Shown: one piece after another, positions 10,098 through 21,009 of the stretch
Layout: every line of letters begins with the position of its first letter
Numbering within the stretch: position 1 is the first letter of the stretch
DNA from: Promethearchaeota archaeon
GTDB lineage: Archaea > Asgardarchaeota > Lokiarchaeia > Sigyniarchaeales > SOKP01
Length of the DNA: 64,000 bases
NCBI GenBank assembly: GCA_019058445.1
Contig: JAHPZA010000001.1
Span: forward strand, 128,001 to 192,000
Direction of reading: 5' to 3'
The notes under the pieces: generated by a model
Told to the model about the DNA's origin: nothing
Databases searched by the model: none
What the model saw: the letters and a program-made list of their open reading frames with translations, nothing else
Translations under genes and position numbers: made by a program

Positions 10098-10183
10098 ATT
10101 TAATTGTTAAAAAATGTTGGCATAATTTAGTAAAATTTAATTCTTATAAAACACTAAAAAATATCATAAAAAGACTAAAATAT

Positions 10184-10780
10184 ATGAGTCAGAGAGGAAT
10201 GTCTTTAAATCCCTTTTTAAGATCTCTTCTATATCTTATTGGTGGCGATGTAGCAATAGAAGTCGGAATAGAACTTTTAAATTCTGAAAATGAAGATATT
10301 ACAGATGAGGATATTACCGAAAATATTAAGGATCGGATTGAGGGGAAAGGAATAGATTTCGAGCCCGATGATAGCGATATATTAAAATTAAATACTGTTC
10401 GAAAAACGCTTTATAAATTATACAGTGAAAAATTGGCTCAATTTAGAAGGATAAGGGATAAAAGCACTGGATGGTTTATCTATTACTGGTGGCATGAATT
10501 TGACTTTCTTGAGAGTATTTTACTAGAAAAAAAGAATTATGTCCAAAGAAAGCTCAGAGACAGGCTCCAATATGAAGAAAATAATTATTTCTTCATTTGT
10601 AAAGCTTGTGAAATGTCAAATATGAAATATAGATTTGATGAAGCATTTGAATTAAACTTTAGGTGCCCAGAATGTGGGGGCCCCTTAGAAGCTCAAGATA
10701 ATCAAAAAATAATTGATTTTTTAAAAGAAAAAATTGTACTCAATCAAAATGTAACAATTAGTAAGGAGTTTGAAGAGTAA
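10184..10780 (+). CDS. tfe: Transcription factor E alpha
   Basis: wHTH LNTVRKTLYKLY...RDKSTGWFIYYW plus Zn ribbon CKAC...FRCPECG. Confidence 0.95.
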   Translation: MSQRGMSLNPFLRSLLYLIGGDVAIEVGIELLNSENEDITDEDITENIKDRIEGKGIDFEPDDSDILKLNTVRKTLYKLYSEKLAQFRRIRDKSTGWFIYYWWHEFDFLESILLEKKNYVQRKLRDRLQYEENNYFFICKACEMSNMKYRFDEAFELNFRCPECGGPLEAQDNQKIIDFLKEKIVLNQNVTISKEFEE

Positions 10781-10785
10781 TATAC

Positions 10786-11355
10786 TCACTTTTTCTTTTT
10801 GATAAATGCAGTATCGCCCATTGAAGTAGTTGATGTCTTTTTCATATATTTTTTTGTATTAACTTTTACATCATCAGTGGCCTTGAGGATCTGAATTTTA
10901 TATACTTCTTCAATCTTTTTTGCTAATTTTAAATTCGGCTCTACTTTCCCAGATTCAATCCTCCTTAGTAGGGATGGTTTTTCATTTAATTTTTGAGCAA
11001 ATTGTTCTTGAGTAAGGTTTTTCTGCGTTCTGACATTTCGAATTCTCTTTGAGTAATCAGATACAATTTCCACTGAAGGTTCCAGAATACTGCTTTGTTT
11101 AGTAGACGGTTTTCTTTTAATAATTTTTTGTGTATTTTTAGAGGTTCTTTCAAAACTGGAGATTTTAGGTTTACTTATTATTTTTTTACCTAAATGTGCG
11201 CAACTTTGACATACTGTTATTTTTGCTCCTTCTATTAAGACTTTTTGACCTTTACCCCATATTTTGCCTCCACAAATGGGACAGTCATCATCTATTCTAG
11301 CATTTTTTTTTTTATACATGGATAAACTTAAATCTATTATATATTTAAAAATCAA
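10786..11355 (-). CDS. mbf1: Archaeal multiprotein bridging factor aMBF1 (start more likely ATG at 11319)
   Basis: N-terminal Zn ribbon CPICG...VCQSC plus HTH LTQEQFAQKLNEKPSLLRRIESG; divergent from pan. Confidence 0.92.
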   Translation of the reverse strand: MIFKYIIDLSLSMYKKKNARIDDDCPICGGKIWGKGQKVLIEGAKITVCQSCAHLGKKIISKPKISSFERTSKNTQKIIKRKPSTKQSSILEPSVEIVSDYSKRIRNVRTQKNLTQEQFAQKLNEKPSLLRRIESGKVEPNLKLAKKIEEVYKIQILKATDDVKVNTKKYMKKTSTTSMGDTAFIKKKK

Positions 11356-11535
11356 TGGTGTTATATGATATAAATTAGCTAAAGGAAATTCTTATAATTT
11401 ATGTTTTTATGGAAATTTTATAAAATATAATATATAGATTTTTTTTACATCAAAGATTTAATTTTGATGAAGAGATAGACTTAAATTTATATGAATAAAA
11501 GTTTATTATTAAATTAAAATCGTTCAAATAAAAAC

Positions 11536-12762
11536 TTGGGTTTACTGAATGTGACAACTACTAAAGATAAAAAGAAGAAGGAAGAGACGAAAGATGGAGA
11601 GTATCTAATCACTTATACGAGGCATCTTGAAAAAAGGCTCCGTAATTTAGAGACTGAGAAACAGCTATTAGATGCAGAAAGATTAAGATTAGAGCAAGAG
11701 CTTCATAGTCTTAGGAATGAAATTGACAGATTAAGAGAGCCACCCCTAGTTTCAGCAACCGTTATTGATATTTTAGATGATAGTAGAGGAAGAGCAATTG
11801 TAAAAAGTTCAACCGGTCCTAGTTTTGTAGTCAATGCAAGTAGAAAAGTGAAGAATGAGAAGTTGAATCCTGGTATGAGAGTTGCTTTAAACCAACGTAC
11901 TTTTGCGATAATGGAGGTATTGCCAACAAAATTGGATCCTTTCGTTAAAGGGATGGAAGTTATTGATTCAATTCCAGATATCTCCTATAATGATGTTGGT
12001 GGTCTGGAGGACCAAATGCAAGAAGTGAGAGAAACTGTGGAATTACCCCTTAAAAAACCAGAGTTATTTAAGAAAATCGGGATAGAACCTCCCAAAGGAG
12101 TATTGCTATATGGAGCTCCTGGTACGGGAAAAACATTATTAGCAAAAGCAGTTGCTCATGAAACTGAAGCTACTTTCATAAGAATCATAGGTTCTGAATT
12201 AGTTCAGAAATTTATTGGGGAAGGAGCTCGATTAGTGAGAGAGATTTTTAATCTAGCAAAAGAAAAAGCTCCAACAATTTTATTTATTGATGAATTAGAT
12301 GCGATTGGTTCTCAAAGACTTAAAATCGCAACATCTGGAGATAGAGAGGTCCAAAGAACTTTAATGCAGCTGTTAAGTGAACTGGACGGATTTGATATAA
12401 GAGGAGATGTAAAAATTATTGGCGCAACAAACAGAGTTGATATCTTAGATCCCGCATTATTAAGACCTGGAAGATTTGACCGAATGATTGAATTTCCTAT
12501 TCCAGATGAATTTTCAAGAGAATCAATTTTTAAGATTCATACTAGGAATTTAACTGTGGAAGATGATTTAAATCTGAAGAAATTCGTTAATCTTACAGAA
12601 GGTGCAACAGGAGCGGATATTAAAGCAATATGTACTGAGGCTGGGATGTATGCTATACGAAGAGAAGCTGAAATGATTAAGGAAAGCGATTTTTTTGATG
12701 CCGTAAATAAAGTAATGCGAAAAGCAAAAGAAAAATTCGTAGACTCAAGACTATATATGTAA
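11536..12762 (+). CDS. pan: Proteasome-activating nucleotidase
   Basis: Coiled coil, OB domain, Walker A GAPGTGKT, Walker B FIDELD, SRH, C-terminal HbYX (LYM). Confidence 0.97.
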   Translation: MGLLNVTTTKDKKKKEETKDGEYLITYTRHLEKRLRNLETEKQLLDAERLRLEQELHSLRNEIDRLREPPLVSATVIDILDDSRGRAIVKSSTGPSFVVNASRKVKNEKLNPGMRVALNQRTFAIMEVLPTKLDPFVKGMEVIDSIPDISYNDVGGLEDQMQEVRETVELPLKKPELFKKIGIEPPKGVLLYGAPGTGKTLLAKAVAHETEATFIRIIGSELVQKFIGEGARLVREIFNLAKEKAPTILFIDELDAIGSQRLKIATSGDREVQRTLMQLLSELDGFDIRGDVKIIGATNRVDILDPALLRPGRFDRMIEFPIPDEFSRESIFKIHTRNLTVEDDLNLKKFVNLTEGATGADIKAICTEAGMYAIRREAEMIKESDFFDAVNKVMRKAKEKFVDSRLYM

Positions 12763-12857
12763 AGATATTTTACTTCTTACATTTTTATTTTAATATTAAC
12801 TATTCTAATAATAGTTAGTTTATTATCTAAACAAAATCTACAAGCTACATTAATAAA

Positions 12858-13349
12858 TTGAATGTTGAATATTTATTAGGATTGCGGAAAATTACAGCTA
12901 TATGTGATTATCAATTTGATCCAGAAATAACCGACGTCCTATTTAGTAATAAAGAAAATATTCACCTTGAGAGGTCAAAAAATACTAATAAAATTAGATA
13001 TATATACGTAAAAGACAATCTACTATTAACATTGAGACCAACTAACGGTTTGTTTACATTAAGTTTTTTCTCCGCCCAAAAAATAATAGATAATACCCCT
13101 CCACCTAAATTAAGGGCTATTGTATTGAATGAAGTCTCAGATTATATTAAAAAGGGGAGAAATGTCTTCTGTAAACATATTATTGATATTGACGAAAATT
13201 TAAGACCTATGGATGAAGTTATTATAGTTGATCAAAATGACGAATTATTAGCATTGGGTCGTTTAAAACTTCCGATTACCTATATCAAGACTTTTAAATA
13301 TGGTGTGGGTATTAATGTTAGAAAAGGAATTAATAAATCAAAAGGTTAA
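12858..13349 (+). CDS. PUA-domain protein (stand-alone C-terminal module of archaeosine tRNA-guanine transglycosylase type)
   Basis: ICDYQF...TNKIRYI pre-PUA segment and GRNVFCKH...RPMDEV PUA domain. Confidence 0.8.
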   Translation: MNVEYLLGLRKITAICDYQFDPEITDVLFSNKENIHLERSKNTNKIRYIYVKDNLLLTLRPTNGLFTLSFFSAQKIIDNTPPPKLRAIVLNEVSDYIKKGRNVFCKHIIDIDENLRPMDEVIIVDQNDELLALGRLKLPITYIKTFKYGVGINVRKGINKSKG

Positions 13350-13387
13350 AAATCAAAATTAATTTTATATAGTAAATTGTTGTAAAT

Positions 13388-13876
13388 GTGAAAATAAGTA
13401 TGAAATTACCTAAAGAAATGCAGAAAAAAGAGAAGAGTAAACCAAAACGCCCTCAAGCAGTTAAAAAGAGAGAAGGTCAACAATTTGGGTCTAGACAAAT
13501 GCGTAGAAAAATGCAGCAACAAGGGATAGATATGGATCAAGTCGACGCAACACGAGTAATAATTGAAGGCCCTGAGAAAACACTTGTTATTACTCAACCT
13601 GAAGTGGTTTTAATGAAACAAGCAGGTCAGGAAATATACCAAGTAATTGGAACAGCAGAAGAATTTTCTCCAGAAGAAATTTCAATCGATGAGGCAGAGA
13701 AAATAGATGATAGTGAACCATTAGATGAATCCGAGATGAAACCTACCATTACTGAGAATGATATTATGTTAGTAGCGGCACAGGCAAATGTTGAACGAGA
13801 CGAAGCTGAGGCTGTTTTAATAGATTGCAATGGTGATATTGCTAAAGCTATTTTGCTTCTTAAAAATAGACCTTAA
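13388..13876 (+). CDS. nac: Nascent polypeptide-associated complex protein
   Basis: RQMRRKMQQQG, NAC domain and C-terminal UBA (DIMLVAAQA...GDIAKAIL). Confidence 0.93.
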   Translation: MKISMKLPKEMQKKEKSKPKRPQAVKKREGQQFGSRQMRRKMQQQGIDMDQVDATRVIIEGPEKTLVITQPEVVLMKQAGQEIYQVIGTAEEFSPEEISIDEAEKIDDSEPLDESEMKPTITENDIMLVAAQANVERDEAEAVLIDCNGDIAKAILLLKNRP

Positions 13877-13970
13877 ATTCTTAAAAGTAAAATTTGAATA
13901 ATAAGAAAACATTAAGAATAATGAACCTATTTAAAATATATTCATAAGGAATTATAATTAATGAGTTAAC

Positions 13971-14327
13971 ATGTCTAAAATTAAAAAAAAACCCGCCGAT
14001 CGCTCAACAACAACTATTTCGAAAAAGGATATCGCATTTGAGAAATCAATCCAGTTTTGTGCGTGGATGTTTTTAATCTCATTAAGCATATTTCTTGTTT
14101 ATTATGGTATTTTTGATATCATCTTAGAAGAAATTGATATTGAAATCACCGCTATGCTATTTTCCTACGCTCTTTTTACGGGAACATCTTCTGCACTTTG
14201 CTTTGCTTTATCAACAAAAATAAGAAGAAATAGAGATAGAAAGAAAGAGATATTTATAGACTGGATTATAGCTGAGTTTTTGTTTTGTATGTTTGCGATA
14301 TTTTCAGTAGCGGTTTATCAATGGTAA
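13971..14327 (+). CDS. Membrane protein (3 TM), unknown function
   Basis: Three hydrophobic segments. Confidence 0.7.
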   Translation: MSKIKKKPADRSTTTISKKDIAFEKSIQFCAWMFLISLSIFLVYYGIFDIILEEIDIEITAMLFSYALFTGTSSALCFALSTKIRRNRDRKKEIFIDWIIAEFLFCMFAIFSVAVYQW

Positions 14328-14330
14328 AAA

Positions 14331-14663
14331 TTATTTATAATCCTCCCTCGCAGGACTAAAAACTTCTACAACTTCAGCAGTTTCAAGCACTTTTGCGCCA
14401 TGTTTTTCCCACGAATCAAAAACATAGCTATCTCCTTCTTGAGCTAAAAATTCACCTCTAGTTTCAGTAACAAATTGGATTTTTCCAGACACTACGTACC
14501 CAATCTGATGGGCATCGTGATCATGGAGAGGAATTTCAGCGTTTTTTTCAAGATCAAAAAAACATAACATAACTGAATCATTATAAGTCATGGTTTTTCT
14601 AAAAATTCCGTCTAGCGCTTTGACTTTTTGGATATTGTCTTTATTTACGGGTCCTTTAATCAT
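14331..14663 (-). CDS. Cupin domain protein
   Basis: HDHDAHQIGYV...GDSY...H cupin motifs, C-terminal FSPAREDY. Confidence 0.9.
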   Translation of the reverse strand: MIKGPVNKDNIQKVKALDGIFRKTMTYNDSVMLCFFDLEKNAEIPLHDHDAHQIGYVVSGKIQFVTETRGEFLAQEGDSYVFDSWEKHGAKVLETAEVVEVFSPAREDYK

Positions 14664-15057
14664 TTATTTTTTACCTCTTACATCCATTTAATATTTTTTT
14701 TATTTAAATATATACAAGACTAATTCTTATAAAATTTTATAGTTAAAACTGAAAGGCGTTTTACTGACTAGCGACAGAAATCCCTAAGAAGAGAAATTAG
14801 AAAACTAGTTAACCCTCTAAATAAAAAAATCCTAAAATGATTAGGATTTCAAGAGGAAACTCTTTTACAAGAACATTGTTACATTAATAGGAAAAACTTA
14901 AATTAAAAATACAAATAAATTTTTATATTCATCGAAGAAAAATATAATGTAATTAACTGAAATATTATTCACATGAATTATCTAATTAGGTTGGGATTGC
15001 CGACAAAAATTCTTTATTTGTGAATCTTAAAGATAAGTTTATTTATAAAAAGATAAA

Positions 15058-17208
15058 ATGGAAACAAAAGATAATGGAAGGTTAAAAATGGTTTTTGTAG
15101 AACAAACGAGTGCACATAAAAAGAAAAGTAAATATCTAAAAAATTTATTACCTAGAGTGTTTAGAACGGAAGGGGATGTGGTTAAGTTTGATCCGTTAAA
15201 AATTGAAAATAGTATCATTAAAGAAACTGGTTTGGATAAAGAAAATGCTGATAGATTAACTGAAATCGTTGTGAGAAGGATCATATCATCAGGAATTCAA
15301 TTTCTCTCAGGACCCCATATTCGAGAAATAGTTTGCTCTGTTCTTTCAGAAGAACACTATGAGGACCAGAGAAAGTTATATACTCGAATTGGAATGCCTT
15401 TAATGGATTATGAAGCTATTTTAGACCAAGGCATAAATGAAAATGCTAATCAAGATATGAATCCTGAGAGTATCCATCACTGGGCTGCAAATCGAATCTC
15501 CGAAGAATATGCGCTTTTAAGGCTTTTAGATTCAGAAGAAGCTAAAGCTCATTTGTATGGTGATATCCATATCCATATGCTAAGATATTTCGATCTTCGT
15601 CCTTTCTGCCAGGAATGGGACCCTCGCATGATTCTCGAGCATGGTTTACCCCCTGTTGAAAGTTGGCCGCATTGTAGTAAATCGGCTCCTGCTGGAAGCT
15701 TGAGAGTGGCTGTAACTCATTTAGCAAAATGGTTAGGCATAATACAAGGGGAATTTTCAGGAGGACAAGGTTATGATTATATTACAACGTTTTTAGCTCC
15801 TTATGCGAGAGGAATTTCTGACAGGGAAATAGAACAATCAATGCAATGCTTAATTTTTGAAACTAACCAAATTTTTGCTGCAAGGGGTGGGCAAGTACCA
15901 TTTACTTCAATATCCTGTACTCCAACAGTACCAGAAGGGTTACTTGATATTTCAGCAATAGGACCTCATGGAAAAATAGTTGGATCTTATGGAGATTATA
16001 AAGATGAATGCCTACAGCTATTTGATGCATTAACGGATGTGTACATTAAAGGAGATCAAAATGGAAAACTTTTTGCTTTTCCAAAACATGAAATAAAAAT
16101 TAAAAAAGAATGGATAAATGATTTCGAACCGTCTTATTTGAAATTGATGGAAGAAGTGGCAACTATGGGTACTCCTTATTTCCTTAATATGTGTCCTGAC
16201 TGGATGCCTGATGAAATACATAGTCAATGTTGTAGAAAATTTCTCAGTGGAAATGAAATCATTAGTAAATGTATCCTTGATCCCGAAAAAAGAAAAGATG
16301 CAAATGTTTGGGAAAATTACGTGACTATTGGCTCTCTTCAAAGTGTAAGCTTAAATCTACCTAGATATGCCTATTTATCTCGAAATGAAGATGATTATTT
16401 GGAAATATTAGATGAAAAAATGGAATTATCTGCTAGAATTTTGATAAAAAAATGGAAGTTAATGGAAAAAAGATTACAATCAGGTCACCTCCCACTGTGC
16501 TGCGGAAAAATAAACGGAAAACCAATTTTTAATATAAACGATCAAAACCTCTCTATAGGTTTTACAGGATTAAATGAAGCCGTTAAAAGTTTAACTGGAG
16601 AAGAACTCCACGAAAGTAAAGATGCGTATAATTTGGGCAAAAAAATATTGGAATTCATGGTCGCAAAATGCAATACAATGACAGAAAGAGATGGATATTC
16701 ATATTCACTCTGGGAACAGCCCGCCGAGAGCAGTTCAGGACGCTTTGCTAAATTGGATTTGAAACATTTTCCTAAAAAAGCAATTCCTCAATCATCTGGT
16801 AAATCTGCTTATTACACAAATTCGGGTCATTTCAGATATGATGCTGATATTCCACTATCAGAAAGAATAAAAAAGCAAGGAGATTATCATCCAATCGTGA
16901 GTGGGGGTGTTATTACTCATATTTTTCTAGGAGAACAAAAACCAGACATAAATGGATTGTGGGAGCTTACAAAAAATATTTGTCTTAACACAAATACGGC
17001 ATATTTTGCATATTCTCCCGATTTTACATACTGTCCGCATTGTCGAAAGATGTTTCGAGGGGGAAGCTTTACCTGTTCTCAGTGTGGATCTCAGGACGCA
17101 AAAGTTTATTCGCGTATTACCGGATATTATAGTGAAGTTAATAGATATAATGCTGGAAAGAGAGCAGAATGGGAAACCCGAAAACGACAAAATATAGTTC
17201 ATATATAA
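15058..17208 (+). CDS. nrdD: Class III (anaerobic) ribonucleoside-triphosphate reductase with ATP cone
   Basis: ATP cone, GDIHIH, QPAES, YYTNS, CxxC...CxxC Zn site and glycyl radical motif YSRITGYY. Confidence 0.96.
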   Translation: METKDNGRLKMVFVEQTSAHKKKSKYLKNLLPRVFRTEGDVVKFDPLKIENSIIKETGLDKENADRLTEIVVRRIISSGIQFLSGPHIREIVCSVLSEEHYEDQRKLYTRIGMPLMDYEAILDQGINENANQDMNPESIHHWAANRISEEYALLRLLDSEEAKAHLYGDIHIHMLRYFDLRPFCQEWDPRMILEHGLPPVESWPHCSKSAPAGSLRVAVTHLAKWLGIIQGEFSGGQGYDYITTFLAPYARGISDREIEQSMQCLIFETNQIFAARGGQVPFTSISCTPTVPEGLLDISAIGPHGKIVGSYGDYKDECLQLFDALTDVYIKGDQNGKLFAFPKHEIKIKKEWINDFEPSYLKLMEEVATMGTPYFLNMCPDWMPDEIHSQCCRKFLSGNEIISKCILDPEKRKDANVWENYVTIGSLQSVSLNLPRYAYLSRNEDDYLEILDEKMELSARILIKKWKLMEKRLQSGHLPLCCGKINGKPIFNINDQNLSIGFTGLNEAVKSLTGEELHESKDAYNLGKKILEFMVAKCNTMTERDGYSYSLWEQPAESSSGRFAKLDLKHFPKKAIPQSSGKSAYYTNSGHFRYDADIPLSERIKKQGDYHPIVSGGVITHIFLGEQKPDINGLWELTKNICLNTNTAYFAYSPDFTYCPHCRKMFRGGSFTCSQCGSQDAKVYSRITGYYSEVNRYNAGKRAEWETRKRQNIVHI

Positions 17209-17457
17209 ATAACAAAATTTTATGCACTCTATCAATTTAAAAATCATTATATTTGAAATATTTGCATCATTAGTGAGAGATTTACTCTAGTTATATAACT
17301 TGAATGAAGATATAAATCCGAAAAAATAATATCAAGCAAATAACGAAAGACATTTTGAGATATTCACTAATAAAATTAATGATGAATTTAGAAAATTATT
17401 TAAGAAACTAAGACCTATGAACATAGGACAAAAGATTAAAGATGAGTAGATTTTTCA

Positions 17458-20400
17458 ATGAAACAAACAGAAAGATCATATTTTTCTTATTCAACAAAAT
17501 TAAAAATTGCTGCATATTGTAATAATACTTGCGCTTTTCCTTCATGTGGTAAAAAAGTTCTTAGTGGGAGGATTAAGGCAGAAGATCTCGAAAATGGATT
17601 TTCTAAAGGTGAATTTGCTCATATAGTTGGTGTATCTCCTCAAGGACCTAGGCGATCTCAAGATGTGTCTCTAGAGAGCATTAATGATGTTTCAAATGGG
17701 ATACTACTATGTGCAGAACACCATGCATTAATAGATGCAAATCCTAATGATTATCCTATAGAAACCTTAAGAAAATGGAAAAGGAATATTGAAGATAATT
17801 ATAAAAATCTTCTGTTTATCAGTGATTATGATTCATGGGATGTTGACATAAATAATTTAATTAAAACTTCTGAATTTATTCAATATTCCGAAGAATTAAA
17901 TAAATTTTTAAATAGTTCTGAGAATCTAATTGTGCACGTAGACGGCGAAATAGGAGTCGGGAAAAAAACTTTTGTAAAATATTGCTTTTCTCAATTACCT
18001 AAAAATCTGCAGAACGAAGTTATTATAATACAATCTAATGATTTTGATCTCTCAAATTTCTCATTGTTTAATAAAATGATTAAATCAAGATTCCTTATTT
18101 TGCTTGAGACTTCTCCAAATTATCTTAAAAAATTAGTTGATAGAATTAAACAAGTTAATCCAACTAGTTATAAAGTCATTTCGATTGGTTCGGGTGAATT
18201 AGTAACTAAAAAAATAAATGGAATTATAAAAAAATATACTTTAAACCGTTTAGATTCGAAAAGTTCAAGGAAATTAATCAGCCAATTAAGCAAAATTATT
18301 TCTCAGAATAATATAAAATATATTTTGGATTTGACAAAAGGAAATCCAGGAATTATTGCATCATTGGTCAAATATAATGAAAGAAAATATGATTTCACAG
18401 ATGATTCCATAATTTCTGAAATTTTCGAGAATTTCAATGAAAGAATTAAAAAAATGGGGATAGAGTTAATTCTAGTTAAAAAAATTATATTAGGTTTCTC
18501 AATCTTCTCTGAATTAGGATGGTATAAAGGATTATATAAGACATTATTTGAGAAAGGAAAATGGAGTTATGAATTTGAAGAGATACCTAACAAATTTTCC
18601 AAGATAATAAATGTTGATCTAGACAAGATTGACATTATTATTACAGAATTACTTGAACTAAAAGTTTTAGAAAGAAAAGGGAGATTTTTAACTTTATCTT
18701 TACCATGTTTATCAGGTCTTTTCATTCGTCAGACACAGGAGGTATTTCTCAAGTATTTTAAGCGAATTATGGATTTACAAGATCCACATTTATTACAAAA
18801 ATTTTTAAAACGATTAAAACAGTTTGCTTATGAAGAAGTCCTAATTTCATCAATTGTTAAGGAAATTCTCGATACTGGGTTATTATCAACTATAGACTGC
18901 CTAAATATTAATTTTTTTTCTACAATCCTCTTAAATCTTGCACAGCTTAATAATAAACTAGTGGCTGACCATCTTGAATTATTATTCAAGCATAAAAATC
19001 CACTAGAATTAAAAGAAATTTTAATCAATCGAAGAAACTTAATAACAGCTCTTGAGCATCTGATATGGTATCCAGAAACATTTAAGACGGGAATGGATAT
19101 TTTAATTAAACTAAGCATAGGTGAAAATGAAGACTGGGCTAATAATGCAACAGGATTAATACCTGAAAAATTTAGAGTATATTTACCTGGAACGTCAGCA
19201 AGTTTAGATTTGAGATTGAATTATTTATCTGAGTTTATTGCTAATTCAACTGAAGAGCATTTTTTTTTGATTCCAATGATTTTCAAATCTATTTTCTATC
19301 TAAATACTAGTTCTAGATTGATATACGCTGAGATACAATCATTTAAGCCAATACCAAAAGAATTCGTACCAAATCCAAAAGAATTGTCAAAGTATTTAAA
19401 TGAAACTTTTAAAATTTTTAAAAATCAATTTGAAAATGAAAAATTTGAAAAAGATGGATTAGAAATCATAAATAATAATTTGAAACTTTTTGTAGAACTA
19501 AACAAGTTTGAAGAAATTAAATCAATATGGAATAAAATAATAAGTAAAGATAGAGATTTTAAAATCAGATTAATAAATTTTTTCGAATATCGATTCAAGA
19601 ATGATACAATCTATCCAGATATTAAAGAGTATATAAACAAATTAAAAGAAGATTTTTCCCTACTTGATTCAATTAAAGAGTTTTCTTGGAAAAGCCCATT
19701 AGATTTTAAAGAAGAAGATATGAAATCCAAATCTCTTGAAGTAAAAAAAGTATTATCTAGTTTAGAAAAGGAAGAAATTCAAGAGATTCTAGAATGGTTA
19801 ATGAAAAATTCTGGTGATTTTGTCATACAAATTGGAATTTTGTTATCATTGGACAAAGATTGGATTGATCAATATGAAGATGTATTAGAAAGCTTTCTAA
19901 AATTAAAGGAAAATAGGGAATTTGATTTCTTTCTTGCGGTCTCTTATAACATTAGAATTAAGGACCAAGAAAGGTGGAGATCTATATTAAAAAAAATTGA
20001 AGCAAATGAAGGACTTTCACATGATTACTTTAGATTGTTAAGAGCAACTCCAATTCTCGATGATTGGGTTGTAAATAAAATAGTTGATTTAGCTGAACAT
20101 GATTTCCTAAATGAAAGTGATTTATATCAATTTTCATGTTTAGAAAATGTAATTGAATTGGATGAAAACTTGTTTAAAAAAATAATGAGAATCTATTATA
20201 ATAGATTTCCTAATGTAATTTCTGTTAAGCCTCAACAATGGAATGATAATTTATTCTTAATAAAACGATATATTGAAAAAAATCCCAATTTTATCAAAAG
20301 AAATGTTGAAGATCTATTAAAAATTCTTTTAAATTTTGAGTGTCATGAAGTTGAGATTGGTGATAAATTTTCAAGCCTTTGGTTAGAAATTATTCTTATA

Positions 20401-21009
20401 ATTATTAAAGAATGTCCGGGAACAATTAAGGAAATAAGAAAAAAAATAATTAGTTTAATTCCTAGCAAATATTTACCAATGGATTTTGACAAAACAACTA
20501 TTAACACTCTATTTATCAATTTTTATGAAATAGAAGCAGAAGATACCTGGGAAGATTTTAAAATTTTATTTAAATCCAAATCAATTGATTATGTAGAGTT
20601 TTATTTCAACCTCTTATTTCTAAAATTAGTGCCTATCAATAAAATTTTAGAATTATGTGAGGAAAATGTAGAAAAAAATCCTTTAATTCTTGTTAAAATT
20701 GTAGGAGAGGATATCCAATCTCAAAAAGGTCAAGATCTTGTTCGTGAAATTTGGTATAACTACTCGAATATTAGCAATCTTTCTTTTGAAATATATTCTA
20801 ATTATACTTCTGGTGTCAAAATATTCTCACCTGGTGAAAGCGCTAAAATTCAAGAATTTCAATTAAAAAGACTTGAGGAGTGGCTTGAAAAAGAAAAAAA
20901 AATGGAAAAAACTAGAGAAAAAATGACGATATTAATAAATGAATTGAAAAGATTAATCTCGAGGGATGAAATACACGCAAAACAGAATGATGAAGAAACA
21001 AAAATTTAG
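17458..21009 (+). CDS. HNH nuclease + STAND-like P-loop domain + long helical sensor region (Avs/NLR-like defence protein)
   Basis: CAFPSC...AHI...GPR...NGILLCAEHHALID HNH; GEIGVGKK degenerate Walker A; KGNP STAND-type helical motif; long alpha-helical C-terminus. Confidence 0.7.
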   Translation: MKQTERSYFSYSTKLKIAAYCNNTCAFPSCGKKVLSGRIKAEDLENGFSKGEFAHIVGVSPQGPRRSQDVSLESINDVSNGILLCAEHHALIDANPNDYPIETLRKWKRNIEDNYKNLLFISDYDSWDVDINNLIKTSEFIQYSEELNKFLNSSENLIVHVDGEIGVGKKTFVKYCFSQLPKNLQNEVIIIQSNDFDLSNFSLFNKMIKSRFLILLETSPNYLKKLVDRIKQVNPTSYKVISIGSGELVTKKINGIIKKYTLNRLDSKSSRKLISQLSKIISQNNIKYILDLTKGNPGIIASLVKYNERKYDFTDDSIISEIFENFNERIKKMGIELILVKKIILGFSIFSELGWYKGLYKTLFEKGKWSYEFEEIPNKFSKIINVDLDKIDIIITELLELKVLERKGRFLTLSLPCLSGLFIRQTQEVFLKYFKRIMDLQDPHLLQKFLKRLKQFAYEEVLISSIVKEILDTGLLSTIDCLNINFFSTILLNLAQLNNKLVADHLELLFKHKNPLELKEILINRRNLITALEHLIWYPETFKTGMDILIKLSIGENEDWANNATGLIPEKFRVYLPGTSASLDLRLNYLSEFIANSTEEHFFLIPMIFKSIFYLNTSSRLIYAEIQSFKPIPKEFVPNPKELSKYLNETFKIFKNQFENEKFEKDGLEIINNNLKLFVELNKFEEIKSIWNKIISKDRDFKIRLINFFEYRFKNDTIYPDIKEYINKLKEDFSLLDSIKEFSWKSPLDFKEEDMKSKSLEVKKVLSSLEKEEIQEILEWLMKNSGDFVIQIGILLSLDKDWIDQYEDVLESFLKLKENREFDFFLAVSYNIRIKDQERWRSILKKIEANEGLSHDYFRLLRATPILDDWVVNKIVDLAEHDFLNESDLYQFSCLENVIELDENLFKKIMRIYYNRFPNVISVKPQQWNDNLFLIKRYIEKNPNFIKRNVEDLLKILLNFECHEVEIGDKFSSLWLEIILIIIKECPGTIKEIRKKIISLIPSKYLPMDFDKTTINTLFINFYEIEAEDTWEDFKILFKSKSIDYVEFYFNLLFLKLVPINKILELCEENVEKNPLILVKIVGEDIQSQKGQDLVREIWYNYSNISNLSFEIYSNYTSGVKIFSPGESAKIQEFQLKRLEEWLEKEKKMEKTREKMTILINELKRLISRDEIHAKQNDEETKI

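Noticed and set aside
14741-15057. Cobalamin riboswitch upstream of nrdD
   Set aside because: No B12-box or conserved GGGAA/GCCACTG elements
17300-17449. Short open-frame remnant at the left edge of the island
   Set aside because: Too short, no clear start or homology that I can support
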